Positions 46,359 through 59,131 of a stretch of DNA of 64,000 nt are shown piece by piece. The stretch lies in contig JBHGNT010000014.1 of NCBI GenBank assembly GCA_043228905.1, positions 15,190,001 through 15,254,000 of the forward strand, written 5' to 3'. How positions within the stretch are numbered: the stretch's first letter is position 1; each line of letters opens with the position of its first letter. The translations under genes were made by a program, and so were the position numbers. Origin of the DNA: Azolla caroliniana. Its lineage: Eukaryota > Plantae > Polypodiophyta. Under the pieces are notes generated by a model that had not been told where the DNA came from, did not search any database, and saw only the letters and a program-made list of their open reading frames with translations.

Positions 46359-48863
46359 GGGTTGATCCAAGCTTAAGGGATCCAAATGCAATAGGTCATG
46401 TCTTCACCTAAGAGACGAAAGGGAAGCTACAAGTTGGGAGGGAGGATTTCCTCCTCCCTGAAGAGGAGCGAATGTTCCGTGGAATGCTTGAAAGACATGG
46501 GAAGGCTTTCGCATTTTTCCCTCAAGAGATCGGATGTGCCGACCCAAAGATTATAGAGCCTATGGTGATATTTACGGTGCCTCATGTACCTTGGAACCTC
46601 AAGCCGATACTAGTTCCGAGAGCACACCTACCGAAGCTAATCGAGCTCTTAAAGAAGAAGGTGAATATGGGGATTCTGGAACCATCTAATGCTCCTTATT
46701 CTAATAGGTGGTTCACGGTGCCGAAGAAGAATGGATCATTGCGATTCATCCAAGATCTTCAACCTGTCAACAAGGTGACAATTCGAAATGCTTGAATCAG
46801 TCCGAGTGTGGATAAATTTGCCGAAACGTTTGCGGGCCGGTCCATCTACTCCATTGGCGATCTCTACTCTGGATACAATCAATTCCAATTGGCGATTGAC
46901 AGTCGTGATATTACAACCATGAGGACTCCAATCGGGCTTGTGCGGATGTGTATCTTACCTCAAGGTGCAACGAACTCGGTGGCTCATATGGTGAATGCCA
47001 TGAACAAGGTCTTGAAGGATTGCATCCCAAGCATCACGATGCCATTCTTGGATGATATTCCGATAAAAGGATGTTCAGATGAGGAGAAGGATGAATCGAA
47101 AGATAAGGAAGGGTGTAGAAAGTTCGTCGCGGATCACATGAAAGATTGCGAGAAGGTGCTCCAAAGGCTCGAAGATGCGAATTTGACATTTTCGGGAGAA
47201 AAATCCGCATTCAAGCAACCGGAGATCTTGGTGGTAGGTCACTTGTGTGGAGCATATGGCCAGAAGCCTTCGCCATCCAAGGTGAACGCGATCCAAGACA
47301 TGAAAGAAGAATGCGTAACCCAAACGGAGGTTCGAAGATTCCTTGGAGCATGCACATTTTATTATATCTGGATTCCACATTACGCTCATGTCGCCGAGCC
47401 ATTATATGGATTGCTAAAGAAAAGAATGAAGTTTGAATGGCGAGACGAGCATACAAACGCGATGCGAAGATTGAAGAAACTACTTCTTGAAGCTCCAGCA
47501 CTAAGGAAGGCTGACTATATCGAAGGAAAGCCGATTTATGTGACTATAGATACAAGCCCAACCGGAATCGGGTGGGTCATCAACCAAGAAGGAGAAGATA
47601 ATGCACGTTATGCCATCTAGTTCGGAGCAAAGGTTCTTAGCGAACGACAACAAAGTTACGCCCAAGTCAAGCGAGAACTTTGGGGTATTGTGTCTGTAGT
47701 GAAGATGGACAAAGACTACCTAATCGGGTTGGAAGTGATAATTGAGACAAATTGTCTCCCAATCCTCGGGATGATCTCAGGATGTGCGACACCAGATCTA
47801 GCTATGCTAAGGTGGATCGTCTATATCAAGTCTTTAAACCCAGAGATCCGCCACATTGCAGGAAAGAAGAACGGCATGGCTAACATGTTGTCGAGGGCAA
47901 CATTTGAGAATGAAAGTGAAATGGTTTTGGAAGATGAAGACGTCACCCTCGACTTCTTCAAGATGGCCCGACTATCGGCGGAAGACAAGGACACGCTAAC
48001 CCTCCACGCCTTCAACGAGGAAGAGTACGAAGGAGAGTGGTTACTAATCGGCAGATCCTTAAGAACAATGACGGTGGATGCTTCGTTGACAAAAGAGGAG
48101 CCTCTACGAATCCGAAAGAAAGCTTACCAATACTTCCTGAAGGGAGGATTCCTTTGGCGACACCCAAAAAGAAGGACAGGAATGCCACATCGGGTGGTGA
48201 TGAAGAAAGAAGAGCGAGTGACGTTGATGACCGAATTCCACGAGAGTCCTTGGGCGGGTCATAGAGGAACATGGGCGACGTTCAAAAAGTTGAAGGAAAA
48301 GTACTAGTGGCCAAGCCTGTACAAAGATGTACTCCATTTCGTGTCCACATGCGAAATTTGTCAAGTACATTCGAACATACGTCATCGTGATGAGTTACAG
48401 CCGACATACCCGCTTACCATACACTTCAAATGGATGGTGGATCTGGTCTTAATGCCAATGGGAGTGGGACAAATGAAGTAAGAAGATCGAAGAAGGAGAT
48501 TGGGTATTGGTCTACGATAACAACCTTGACAATCAACATAGGACAACAAGGAAGTTCGCAAGAAGATGGTTCGAACCATATGTGGTGACAAGTGCCAACG
48601 ACAATGCCACATACCACCTTGCGGAGCTAGACAGATCAAGGTTGCTTGTGCCCATTGCGGGAAAAAGAGTAAAGATTTTCAAGAAAAGACAAGATGAGGA
48701 TCCTGACCTCGACCACCTCGACGATGAAGATAGTAGGACTGAACCTACAAACTTGAGTTATGTGAACGAGGACATGGAGGAATCTAATTGATCACCGTAG
48801 CCGAAATCTCACACTCTCTCCTCTTGGCATGTACCGGAGGACGTGCGGTTTGGTGGGGGTGAA
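46359..48863 (+). pseudogene. Ty3/Gypsy pol remnant (RT with FLDD, RNase H, integrase with deleted core)
   Basis: WFTVPKKNGSLRFIQDLQPVN, LPQGATNS, PFLDDIPIKG, VTIDTSPTGIG and FHESPWAGHRG...CEIC in RT-RH-IN order. In-frame stops. PPT GGTGGGGGTGAA. Confidence 0.92.
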
Positions 48864-50879
48864 TGTCAAGAAGATTTTCGGCAATAATGTGTAAATTGTG
48901 AGGAACATACAAAATCGAGTGTGGTTCTTCTCACAAGATATGAAACAATAATAGTGAAGATATTACTCTAAATAAGTTTAATATCTTGGTACGAAAAGAT
49001 GGAGATCTTCAAGAGCTTTCAAATGCACTTTACTACACAAGAAACAGATAACTAAGTGTCAAGTTATGTGGGTATAAAGATTGCGAAGAAGAAGAGAAAA
49101 ACAAAATTGTGAGATATCCCACATAGACAGGACAAATAAGGATCCCATAGTATATAGGCAGACCAATATCTCTTTACAAATACATATATATATGTGTTTG
49201 GAGCATAGAAAGGTTTAGTTGTATTACTTGACAAATGGATGCAGCCAAATTCATTGGTTTTGGACGAATTCGGATCTGTCCGTCGGTCCGGTGATTGGAC
49301 GGCGACGAAACCAGTGATCGGACGGTGACGGAACTAGAACCGGAACCGGATGAGGATCGGACATCTATAGAACCGGATGGCGATTGGACATCTATAGAAT
49401 TGGTGTCGTAGTGTATTCCACACACTACGTGAAAACCATAAAATAATATATCCGAATTTAGATACATATAAATAAATAAATAATATATCAAAAGAATTTA
49501 TCGCGTGCATAGGGTAGGATTCGAACCATGCACCTCCACGTAGATAAACCCCAACTTTACCATTGTAATAACTTATCTTTAGTGTTATAAATATAGATTT
49601 AATACGTATAAGACCTTTATTTACACATACCTTTATTAAAAGGTAAAAATCATGTATTCTTTAGAGTGTGAATATTTTATTTACACGTGACATTAAAAGT
49701 GACTCATGCACATCTAGCGTGCACGAGCCCTATATTTAGGAAATGACAAAACATCACATGCACATTTAGTGTGCATGGGCACTTTAGGTGAAAAAGCATG
49801 AAGCCATGCTTAGCCTCTTCCATCTTTATATAAGGAGGAGAAAAATATGTATATGGTTGTTGATTAATATACAAGGTTGGATCAATCTAATATATTCGTG
49901 GGATTCACGAATTTTGCCATCTAATTGCTCTTATAATCTAAATATTGTTTTAATTACACTAAACTCGTGGGATTCACGAGATTGCTATCTTATTTCTCTT
50001 TCCACTATTCATATCTAGCCTTAAGTTGTATTCCTCTTCCTCCTAGTCAAAAACCTCGGCGGTTCCCACCCGACTCACACAAAAATCCGGAGCCGAAGGG
50101 CACGACACCGGATCGGGATGCAGACTAGACGGAACCGGCTCGGGTTGCGGACTAGAAGGAACCAGATGGCATGCATACTAGACGAATGTGGATTGGATGG
50201 CATGCGGACCGGGCCAGATCAAACGAATGGGACCGGACCGGACCGGTAGATTTATCGCGACGCACGATGTCTTGAAGTTTTCCGGTGTGAAACGAACAAA
50301 AACGTCTAGTTCTTTGGAGGTCAAGTGAAGGTGTAATATGCACTTAAACATTTGTAAAAACAAGACTAAAAAGCCTAGTAAAAAGAAAATTTTGTATACA
50401 AAGGGGTACAAATAAGAATGTGAACCTTGAACCTCCAAGTTAAAAGTCAATTGGCTTACCACTAAGTCAAGTCATATCTTCAAAAGTTTTACTTTGGTCA
50501 TTTTACATCTATAAATTCTCATACATGAGAGCTTCGATGATGACATGGCAAGCATGCATTATGTGCATGTCTTGCACCCTCATATGCACCATATGCATGG
50601 GAGCATCTATAAAAGAGTGGAGGAATCAAGCAAGAGAAACTAATGAAAATTTTGGGAAAAATAAGAAACTTGTTATCCTATTGTTGATGTATCTTGTCTC
50701 TCAAATCTAAAGTTAAGCGTTTAATCTTTATCTCAATCTCTCTCTTTCTCCATATCAATCTCTCTCAATCTATCTTAAATACTTTCTCGCTAAAGCTAGT
50801 ACAAACTTCAAATCCTTCTGGTCTAGAACCCCGGCGGTTCCACCTCACGATCCGCACATAGTGACGTATTTTCATGACA
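48864..50879 (+). mobile_element. 3' LTR of the Gypsy remnant, interrupted by a solo LTR
   Basis: TGTCAAGAAGATTTTCGGC directly after the PPT (compare TGTCGTGAAGATTTCCGGC of the 8156 element). Ends CCCGGCGGTTCCACC...CATGACA. Antisense tRNA-Lys-like module at ~50405-50475. Confidence 0.75.
49404..50107 (+). mobile_element. Solo LTR nested in the Gypsy 3' LTR
   Basis: TGTCGT...ACGACA ends. Flanks are TTGG and CCGG, consistent with a CCGG TSD after two C>T changes. Perfect B box GGTTCGAATCC on minus at 49517-49527. Confidence 0.78.
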
Positions 50880-51522
50880 ACATGAATGGTAAGTACTTCC
50901 CTTTGGGGGTAGCCAGTGTGGTTAAGCACCCTTTATATTATTTTCTTTAGTCTCTTACTACATTTTCATCATTAGCGAGAAAATAGTAGATGATTGTTAG
51001 CCAAAAGGATGTATTGAATCTAAGATTAATTTTGTTGAGAATTTTAGTTCGACTATGTGATTTACAAGAGAATCAATTTGTCAGAACTAAACTTGTATGA
51101 TAATTGAAAATCGTCTATGTTACGAGAATTGATCAATCCCCCTCACTTTTATCCACAATCAATGATTGTATAGTTTCATAGAGACTCAAAATTTTGCCTT
51201 TGTTGGTGATGCAGACAATTTATGTTCACTTGATTTTGAACCATGAAGTGTCATGATCATCTACCTTATTCTCCTATACATTTTTTAATATGTGGGCCAT
51301 ATTGTTGGCTTTGTGGTGTCTGTTTTGTTGGATGAAGGACATTTGAGGGTTATGTCATAAAGTGATCTCTCTCCTTATCACGTATCTAGCTACATATTGC
51401 TTACACACATAATATAATGCCCTCGTTCCTTTTAATAACACAAGATAGTCCATACAACATCATGGTTGTAAACCCTCTTTGTACAATCATGATATATATA
51501 TATATGACATCATGGTTGTAAC

Positions 51523-52019
51523 TAGCAATTGGCAACGATTCGGTTTGAACCAAACCAAACCACGAAATCGTAGCTTAACAGTTAAAATAGTTGGGTTTGG
51601 TTCAAGTTTTTGTAAACGGTTTGGTTCAGTTTGGGGGTTTAACGGTTGGATTTGAGCCTTCATCGGTTTTCGGTTTAAACAATTTGATAATTTTCTTAAA
51701 TTTTGTTTTGAACATTTTAAGCCTAATTTTGATATTTTAAGAAAAATCTTTAATTTTGAAAATTTGGAAATCTTGGAATTTTTTAAATTAAAATGTGAAA
51801 TTTTGAATTTTGACCTAACTTGAAAACCAAAATTGAACCATGAAATTGCGGTTTTAAAGGTTGGAAAGTCTCTAAAACTGTTTGGTTTGAGATTGAATTT
51901 TTTGTAACGGTTCAGTTAAAACGATTTTGTGGTTCAGTTCGGTTTGGTTCAAATTAAGTTTCAAATTTTTTTAATGGTTTGAGTTTGATACTCTCGAATC
52001 GAACGGTTGCCGATTGCTA
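51523..52019. mobile_element. hAT-superfamily MITE
   Basis: TIRs TAGCAATTGGCAAC / GTTGCCGATTGCTA. Perfect 8-bp TSD GTTGTAAC (51515-51522, 52020-52027). Subterminal AACC/GGTT motifs. Confidence 0.9.
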
Positions 52020-52680
52020 GTTGTAACTTTCTTGTGATGATACGCTAAGGTCTTCATTGTGTTCTTCGACCACAAACATACGAAAAATTTAATGAAAGGA
52101 AGCTTCCTTGATTTTTATTAATTTTTGCCTTGCTCTTTCCACATCCACAAAATATATGGCATGACACTAAAGCAAAGCACTATGCTTTCTTGTTCTGCGG
52201 CCATGTGATATCTATCCTAGAACATCATGTTTGTAGCTTTTGACCCCATACATATGTTTCCTTTATTGGTTGAAAAATAAGCATTTCATCCACCCCAAAC
52301 CACAACACTGCAATCATCCTGTGTGGTAGAGCATAGGGCCTATGTGACTCATGGTTGTAATTTCTTGTCACATAGACTAGGCTTTGCCCTTTTATAATTC
52401 ACGAGACATAATATGATGTATTCCATGGTTGCTTATTTCACATTCCCAAGAGAGTTAATATCGTTCAATAATTCCTCCCTTGCCCCCCCTCATTCTATTT
52501 ATATAATTGAGAGAGAAGCCAAGTTTGATCTTACGGTGGGCTCGGCCCCCTCCCATAGATAATATTTGGATTCCAATCTCCTTAGAACATATTAATAATC
52601 TATCTTTATCTAGTTAACATCTTAACATTAATGCCATATAATTTAGACAATCCAATCTTGACCCTTTTGATCCGCTCGAC

Positions 52681-52684
<4 letters not shown>

Positions 52685-52763
<79 letters not shown>
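52685..52763. repeat. (CT)n microsatellite
   Basis: Uninterrupted run. Confidence 0.97.
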
Positions 52764-52766
<3 letters not shown>

Positions 52767-53232
52767 GTATGAGATCCAATCGTTTTACCTTTTTTTCCAA
52801 CGTGTCATGTTCCCATGGGAGTTGGGACCTTCATGCCATTGAACGAACTTATGTGGGTACTCATTGCGAGCTTTCGAATGACTTTGTGTCGTGCAGAGCA
52901 GTCACAAAAGCGTCACAAAAGCTTATTCGTGTGGCTTGTTCTTTTCTTGTCCACGATATATTACACACACACACACATGTAAGCACATATTGTTCGTGGT
53001 TGTAATGTGTCGTGTGAGGGAGGTGCAATGTGGTGTGACCTTTCTCTCTCTCTTTTTTGGTCTCGTAGGCCATATTTGATTGTTGGAGGCTAATAATTAA
53101 ATCTATCTATCTATCAATCTATTTATCTGTATCTCTTCATGTTGATGGTTGGTGTGCATCCATTAGAAGGAATGGTTCAATAACAAGAGCATTATCTCCT
53201 CACGGGGCCTAATGGGTCAAAATTTGAATCTC

Positions 53233-53475
53233 AATAACATAACATAAAATAACATGTTACATAACATAAACATAGCATAAACATAACATAACATAACATA
53301 ACATAACATAACATAACATAACATAACATAACATAACATAACATAACATAACATAACATAACATAACATAACATAACATAACATAACATAACATAACATA
53401 ACATAACATAACATAACATAACATAACATAACATAACATAACATAACATAACATAACATAACATAACATAACATA
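53233..53475. repeat. (AACAT)n pentanucleotide microsatellite
   Basis: Perfect from ~53280 to 53475, degenerate on the left. Confidence 0.97.
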
Positions 53476-54532
53476 CGATCATACGAATAACCAACCAACC
53501 AACCATACATATAAAGTGCATTCTAAATCCAAATTAGTATTATATTAGTTATATACAAATAAAGTGAGGTGTAAAAAAACAAAACAGAAGATATAAATTA
53601 GTATGTCCGAAATTATTTGGGCCCAAAATAAAGTCGAGAAAAAGGAAATAGAAAAGAAAAGCAATTATATAAATAAAAAGAAAAACAATTCAAATCGAGA
53701 AAAAAGAAAATATAAAAGAAAAAGAATTATGGTAGCAAGATAAATAAGAGGCAAAAAAAAATCGGAAGAAAATAGGCCGGGAGAGAGATAATAATAAATT
53801 ATAACAATATGTTAATCCGTAGAAAATGATTATTTTATTTTATTTGGATGTGAAAATCCTAAATAACAGTTAGAAATAATAATAATAAGTCTAATAACGA
53901 ATTGTCCGAAAATAGTTATTTTGTTTCTTTGACATACGGAAAAATCCTAATAATAGAATAATGGAAATAATAATAATAATGGAAAAAACTCGAGAAACGA
54001 ACACGAATTTCGGAAAAAATGATTATGTTTTTTTCGCCCGGAAATCCCAATTTCCGGGAAAATGGGTACATTATTTTTGTGCGAAAATCGTTATAATAAG
54101 AAAAATGGAACAATTTTTTTGGCAAAATCATTATTTTCTGCGCGCAAAAATCCTAATGGAAATAAAAATAATAAAACAAATTTGCAAATAAATGGTTTCT
54201 ATCTTTCCTTTTTTTATATTTATTTTGCTGAATATTAATTAATTAATTACATAGTCGAATCATTTTTGTTTTCTAATTTCTTTTATTTTCTCGCCCTAAT
54301 AATGAGAATAAATGCAAATAAAAATAATAAGACAAAATTTGGAAAACAATGCTTTTATTTTTATTTTTAGTTTTATTTGGGTGCGAAAAAGCTGAATGTT
54401 AATTAATTAATTAGTGGAATCATTTTTGTTTCTTGTAAGTTGTATCTAATTAATTAATTATTTTTTTGGGGAGTACTTTTTTATTTTTCCATGTCTCCTT
54501 CTTTCACTTTTTTTTCTCTGTCTTTTCTTGTT

Positions 54533-55095
54533 TCTTTCATCCGTCTGCTTCTCTGTGTATTTCTGTCTGCGAATCGCTTGTTTTTTAGGGTTTCCGCTCA
54601 ACCAAAGAAGCACTCGCTCAGCCAAGAAGAAGGAAACGAAAAAGGATTGAGGAAGAAGAACGTCGATTCTTTCATCCGTCTGCGTCTCTGTGTATTTCTG
54701 TCTGCAAATCGCTTGTTTTTTAGGGTTTCCGCTCAACCAAAGAAGCACTTGCTCAGCGAAGAAGAACCAAACGAAGGAGGAAGGAGGATTGAGGAAGAAG
54801 AACGTCGAGTCTTTCATCCGTCTGCTTCTCTGTGTATTTCTGTCTGCAAATCGCTCGTTTTTAGGGTTTCCGCTCAACCAAAGAAACACTTGCTCAACGA
54901 AGAAGAACCAAACGAAGGAGGAAGGAGGAAGAAGAACGTCGAGGCTGCGCCGGATCCTGTCCGTGCATCTCTCTCAGCTTTGCCTATTGTTAGGGTTTGG
55001 GGAAACAATAGAAACACTAGTACTGCAAAGAAATCTCTCAGCTTTGCCTATTATTAGGGTTTAGGGAAACAACAGAAACACTAGTACTGCAAAGA
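54533..55095. repeat. Tandem repeats upstream of the + gene: three 132-143-bp units then two ~62-bp units, each with a telo-box
   Basis: Units start TCTTTCATCCGTCTGC at ~54533, 54668 and 54810. TAGGGTTT is present in all five units. Confidence 0.9.
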
Positions 55096-55785
55096 AGAAG
55101 AAAGTCGAAGCTGCTGCTCCTGTCTGTGTTATGCATATCACCGTTTATCAGTGTCTGGGAAAACGAAAGAGACATTAGTGCAGAGAAGGAAGGTTATTAT
55201 AATTTTTGTTTTTGGAAAAAGAAAAACGTACACGCAGAAGGAGAGAGAAGGTTTTTCAGAAAAGAATCTCTTACACAGCGAAGAAGATTTAAGGATTTGG
55301 ATTTCGTAGAAACATTTCAATTTTCTTTCTGTATACTTCGAATCTGCAGAGATATATGGAGAAGAAGAAGACAGAAGGCAGAAGCTTCCGAATGTCTTCG
55401 TTTCTTCCTTGCAATTAGAAGACGTAAAGGAAGCTATGGTATATTATTCACCTTCTTCGTCCTGTTTGGATGAGAGTTTTCATCTATGAAGAAAATGTCA
55501 GGAAAAGGAAGTCCAGAATCAGCTAAAGCTTCAAAAGCTTTTTAGCTCTTTTGTTCCAAATGATTCTTTGTTCTTGTATCCTTTTCTTCTCCCTCTTCAA
55601 GATGCTGCTCCGAAACAATGCAAACTCTGGAAAAAAAGAACACAAATATGAGAAAATGACGGGAAAAGGAGTTTCAGACTCTGTTAAAGATTCCCGATTC
55701 CTTGTATATTAGTTTCTTCCTAAATATACCATTGGATTGATAATGGAGAGAACATGAGAGGACCGCTCCCTCTGAAGAAAAGAGG

Positions 55786-58700
55786 ATGACAGAAAAACAA
55801 GATTCAGACACTGTTAGAACTTCTTCTGCTTCCATGGATGGCCATCGCCTCTCTGCAGGTCCTCATGTAAGTGCCAAACCTTCTAAAGTCCCTCCGCATA
55901 GAAAAGTTCTTCAATCTTCATGGATACAAAGGTTAAAGCCATTTGCTACCTCTGACCAGAAAGAAGATGTATCTATAATCTCTCCAGGTCATGTATGGAC
56001 TCATTTTAGCAAGGATTTCAGTAGTTCTAACAAGCGTCCAGGCAGATCCTTAATCCATCATAGAAGCTCTACACTCTTCCTTCCAGATGAATCTCGAGTT
56101 CAGACAAAACCTGTAAGGGATGAAGAAATTCACTCTTCTGGAGATCATTCTAGAAGTCATATTTTTCCATTTTCTCTTTCAGATGAACTCTTGGACAAAT
56201 CTTTACGCCATGGAAGCTCAAATTCATCTTGGCCTTCAGATGGACGTCTGTCTGAGAGTACAAAGCCGTTGAGAAATGAAGAAGCTGGCTCTCTTAGAGA
56301 AACTCTTGGTGATTGTATTATTCCATTTGTTCCTTCAGAAGAAACACTCTCTCGTCGAGGTAGTTCCAGAAATCGTGTAATGCCATTTGTTCCTTCAGAA
56401 GGGAATACATCCCAAAGTAGTGATATTAGCTTGAGGACATGGAACATTTTCTCAGGTCGCCGAAATACTTATAACAAGAGGCCCTCTAGCTTCACAGAAG
56501 ATATTGTTCCTAGCTCTCAGAATAGAGAAGACCAAAGTGTAGAAAAGCTCAAGGAACCATGTGAAAGATCAGATGCAAGGATTTGCGTAACTGAAGTTTC
56601 TTCCTCTCTTCCTTCTCCCCAGCAAGTTACACATGATATGAACAAGAGCTCATGGGCTGTTGAAGGACGAAACTTTGGGTTCCTAAAACCACCTCTACAC
56701 CCAAAAAGCTTTAGCAAGAGTGTGATGACTCTGAAGAGTGTCTCTATACAGTTTGGGGAGAATGTCTTACTTTCTGCCACAGCACGGGAAGAGGTTCATG
56801 CTGGTAATGTAGTTCAAGACAATGAAGAGAAACAACAGTTTTTTCTGGATGAGCCTACTCCACATGCTGAAAATGTACCACCTCCAGAATCAGCATCTTG
56901 GAAACATTTGAAAACATCGATCCCACAACCTCAGGAATTCCTTTTCCGGAAGCCACAGCACCTGGAAGGTCGCTCAAAAAATTCCTTCCTAGAGAATACC
57001 TCTAGACCATTATCTATTGTTGCTAATGTGGTGAACAATAAGCCAAACAAAATTGCTCATGAGAAGGAAAAACGTGGGTCAAAAGCGAACTTTGGATTTC
57101 TTCTGTTTCCTCAGAAGTTGACCTCAAGAAACTATGGTTGCTCAGATGATAACAATACTCCCAGGGATACAGAAAATAGCAATGCTGTCAAAATTGATGC
57201 TTCTAATCAATTACAAAATGATCCAGAAACATATACTGTAAATGATAGCAATGTTGCTGGATCTGCAAACCAAAATTCAGGTGGACCAGTTAATGGGAGT
57301 AACAGCAATCTAATTCAGCCAAATATGAATCTTTACAGTTATGAAGTAGTAGCTGCCTCGACACCATCCATAGACAAACCTTCTTTGGAAGATCAATCAA
57401 GGTTTTAATCTCTAATTTCTGTTTCATCATTCGTACTAGGGTTGTTTTCTTCTTGTAGTTACCTTGCTGTTTAATTTTTGAATCTTATAGTAGGCTAATA
57501 TTATTGCTGCTTTCCCTTAATATGTAAAATTATAGGTCTTCCTTCCCAAAAGTCAAGGCTGATGACTATTGGAGTGACTGGATGGAAATTTGGGAGAAAT
57601 CAGCAACACCTGTTAAGCATGACAAGACGATCTCACCAACAGAAAGTTTGTGGCAGGATTATATTCTACAAGAGTATCACAAATCACCTGATAATATCAA
57701 TACAGAACAGAAGCTGAAAGAATTCTCAACTTCAATTGAGCACACGCATGGAAAGGAATCAAGTAGTTTTCTCCGACAAAGACACATAATGCCCATAAAA
57801 GAGTGCAGGATTCCCTGTTCTCCAGAAAAAAGAGGTCATTTATACGAAGGTATTGGTTCAGCTTTCTACATTTATTAGTCCCAGATCATGCTGTCCCTGT
57901 AGAATGATTAAGATTTTATCATAAAGTGTTGTATGAATGACAAACAATGCTTAGTATTTGTTTTTTTATGATTTTCCAGGAGCAAGTGGAAGCGGGGCAG
58001 TTAAGAATAGGGACCTTGTAAGATTTGCCAGTTGGCGTTTGCTTTTCTTGTACAGTGCTTTCTTCTTCTTTCTGTAAAACATCAAGCCATGCTATGATTT
58101 GAATGCACAATATAATCGTGATTCTTATTGCTGTAACATAGTTTGTCTGGTAAAAACCAAGTGTGAAGGAAATAATTACAAAAGGCACTCTTTCACAGTG
58201 AAGTCATTAATTTCTAGCTTTAGTTTCATCGTCGCAGATGATTACATTTGTTATTGACTTAGTTATTAGGGTCTCCATACATCAGTTACACATTTTTTTA
58301 TTTCTCTTATTTTGATTGCAATAGAAAGTACTGGTGGGGGCATGATGTCTTTTGTTTTGTGTCTTATAGTTGCGATTTGTGAGTTTCGAAAGAGATTTAT
58401 ATATGATGAATCTGCCCAAAACTCATAATATACTGCCACTAGGGGTCGACCTGCTTATTTAATGTATGGTTCGATATGCATGTTGAAGTATTTTAAATTA
58501 AAATGAGTTCATGGTGTATGCCAGTTTCATGTTCTAAGATTATCAGGGTTGACCATCTTTGCAGAACTTGATGCAAAGATTTCAATTTGATGATACATCT
58601 AATATCCAGCAATTATGCACCATCAAGGAATCATCAAGGCATTCTGGTGGACAAGCATGGATTCAACGATGGTGCTCTTCCACGAGCATACATGAAGCAT

Positions 58701-59131
58701 CAGACAAGATCACATCATTCATTCCCAAAGATAATAGAAACGTACGCTCAAATTGGTGCAGCTCAGTTGAGGAATCGGGCCATAAAACAAAGCAAAATAT
58801 GAACACTTCTTGTACCAAGTTAAAAGGTTTTGCAAGTATAAATAAACACATAGAAATTCCACCATCACATTCTAGCTCAACTTCAAGAAGCCAAGCTCCT
58901 CGGGTGCTAGTTCCAGCTTACACAAGCCACATTTCAGATTTAGGTAATTTTGTGAGATCTCAAGCTGGTCAAGCTATGGCCATGGTTGGCAATACTGGTC
59001 GCAAGGCATCCTTGATGCAAAGTAGTGGTTCTTTGTGTGTTTGGACCTGTGATAGTACTACTCCCGAGATGATTGAGAATGATAATGATTTTCCTGAAGA
59101 CAAGTTTCACTTGGATATGGAAGATTTTTGA
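55786..59131 (+). CDS. Spliced gene, ~844 aa, Ser-rich, with PCH1/At2g16365-like C-terminal motifs; exons 55786-57401, 57536-57849, 57980-58017, 58565-59131
   Basis: Three GT-AG introns with consistent phases (2, 1, 0). Motifs SSWIQRL, QAWIQRWC and AMAMVG...GSLCVW. The family assignment is from recalled motifs only. Confidence 0.75.
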
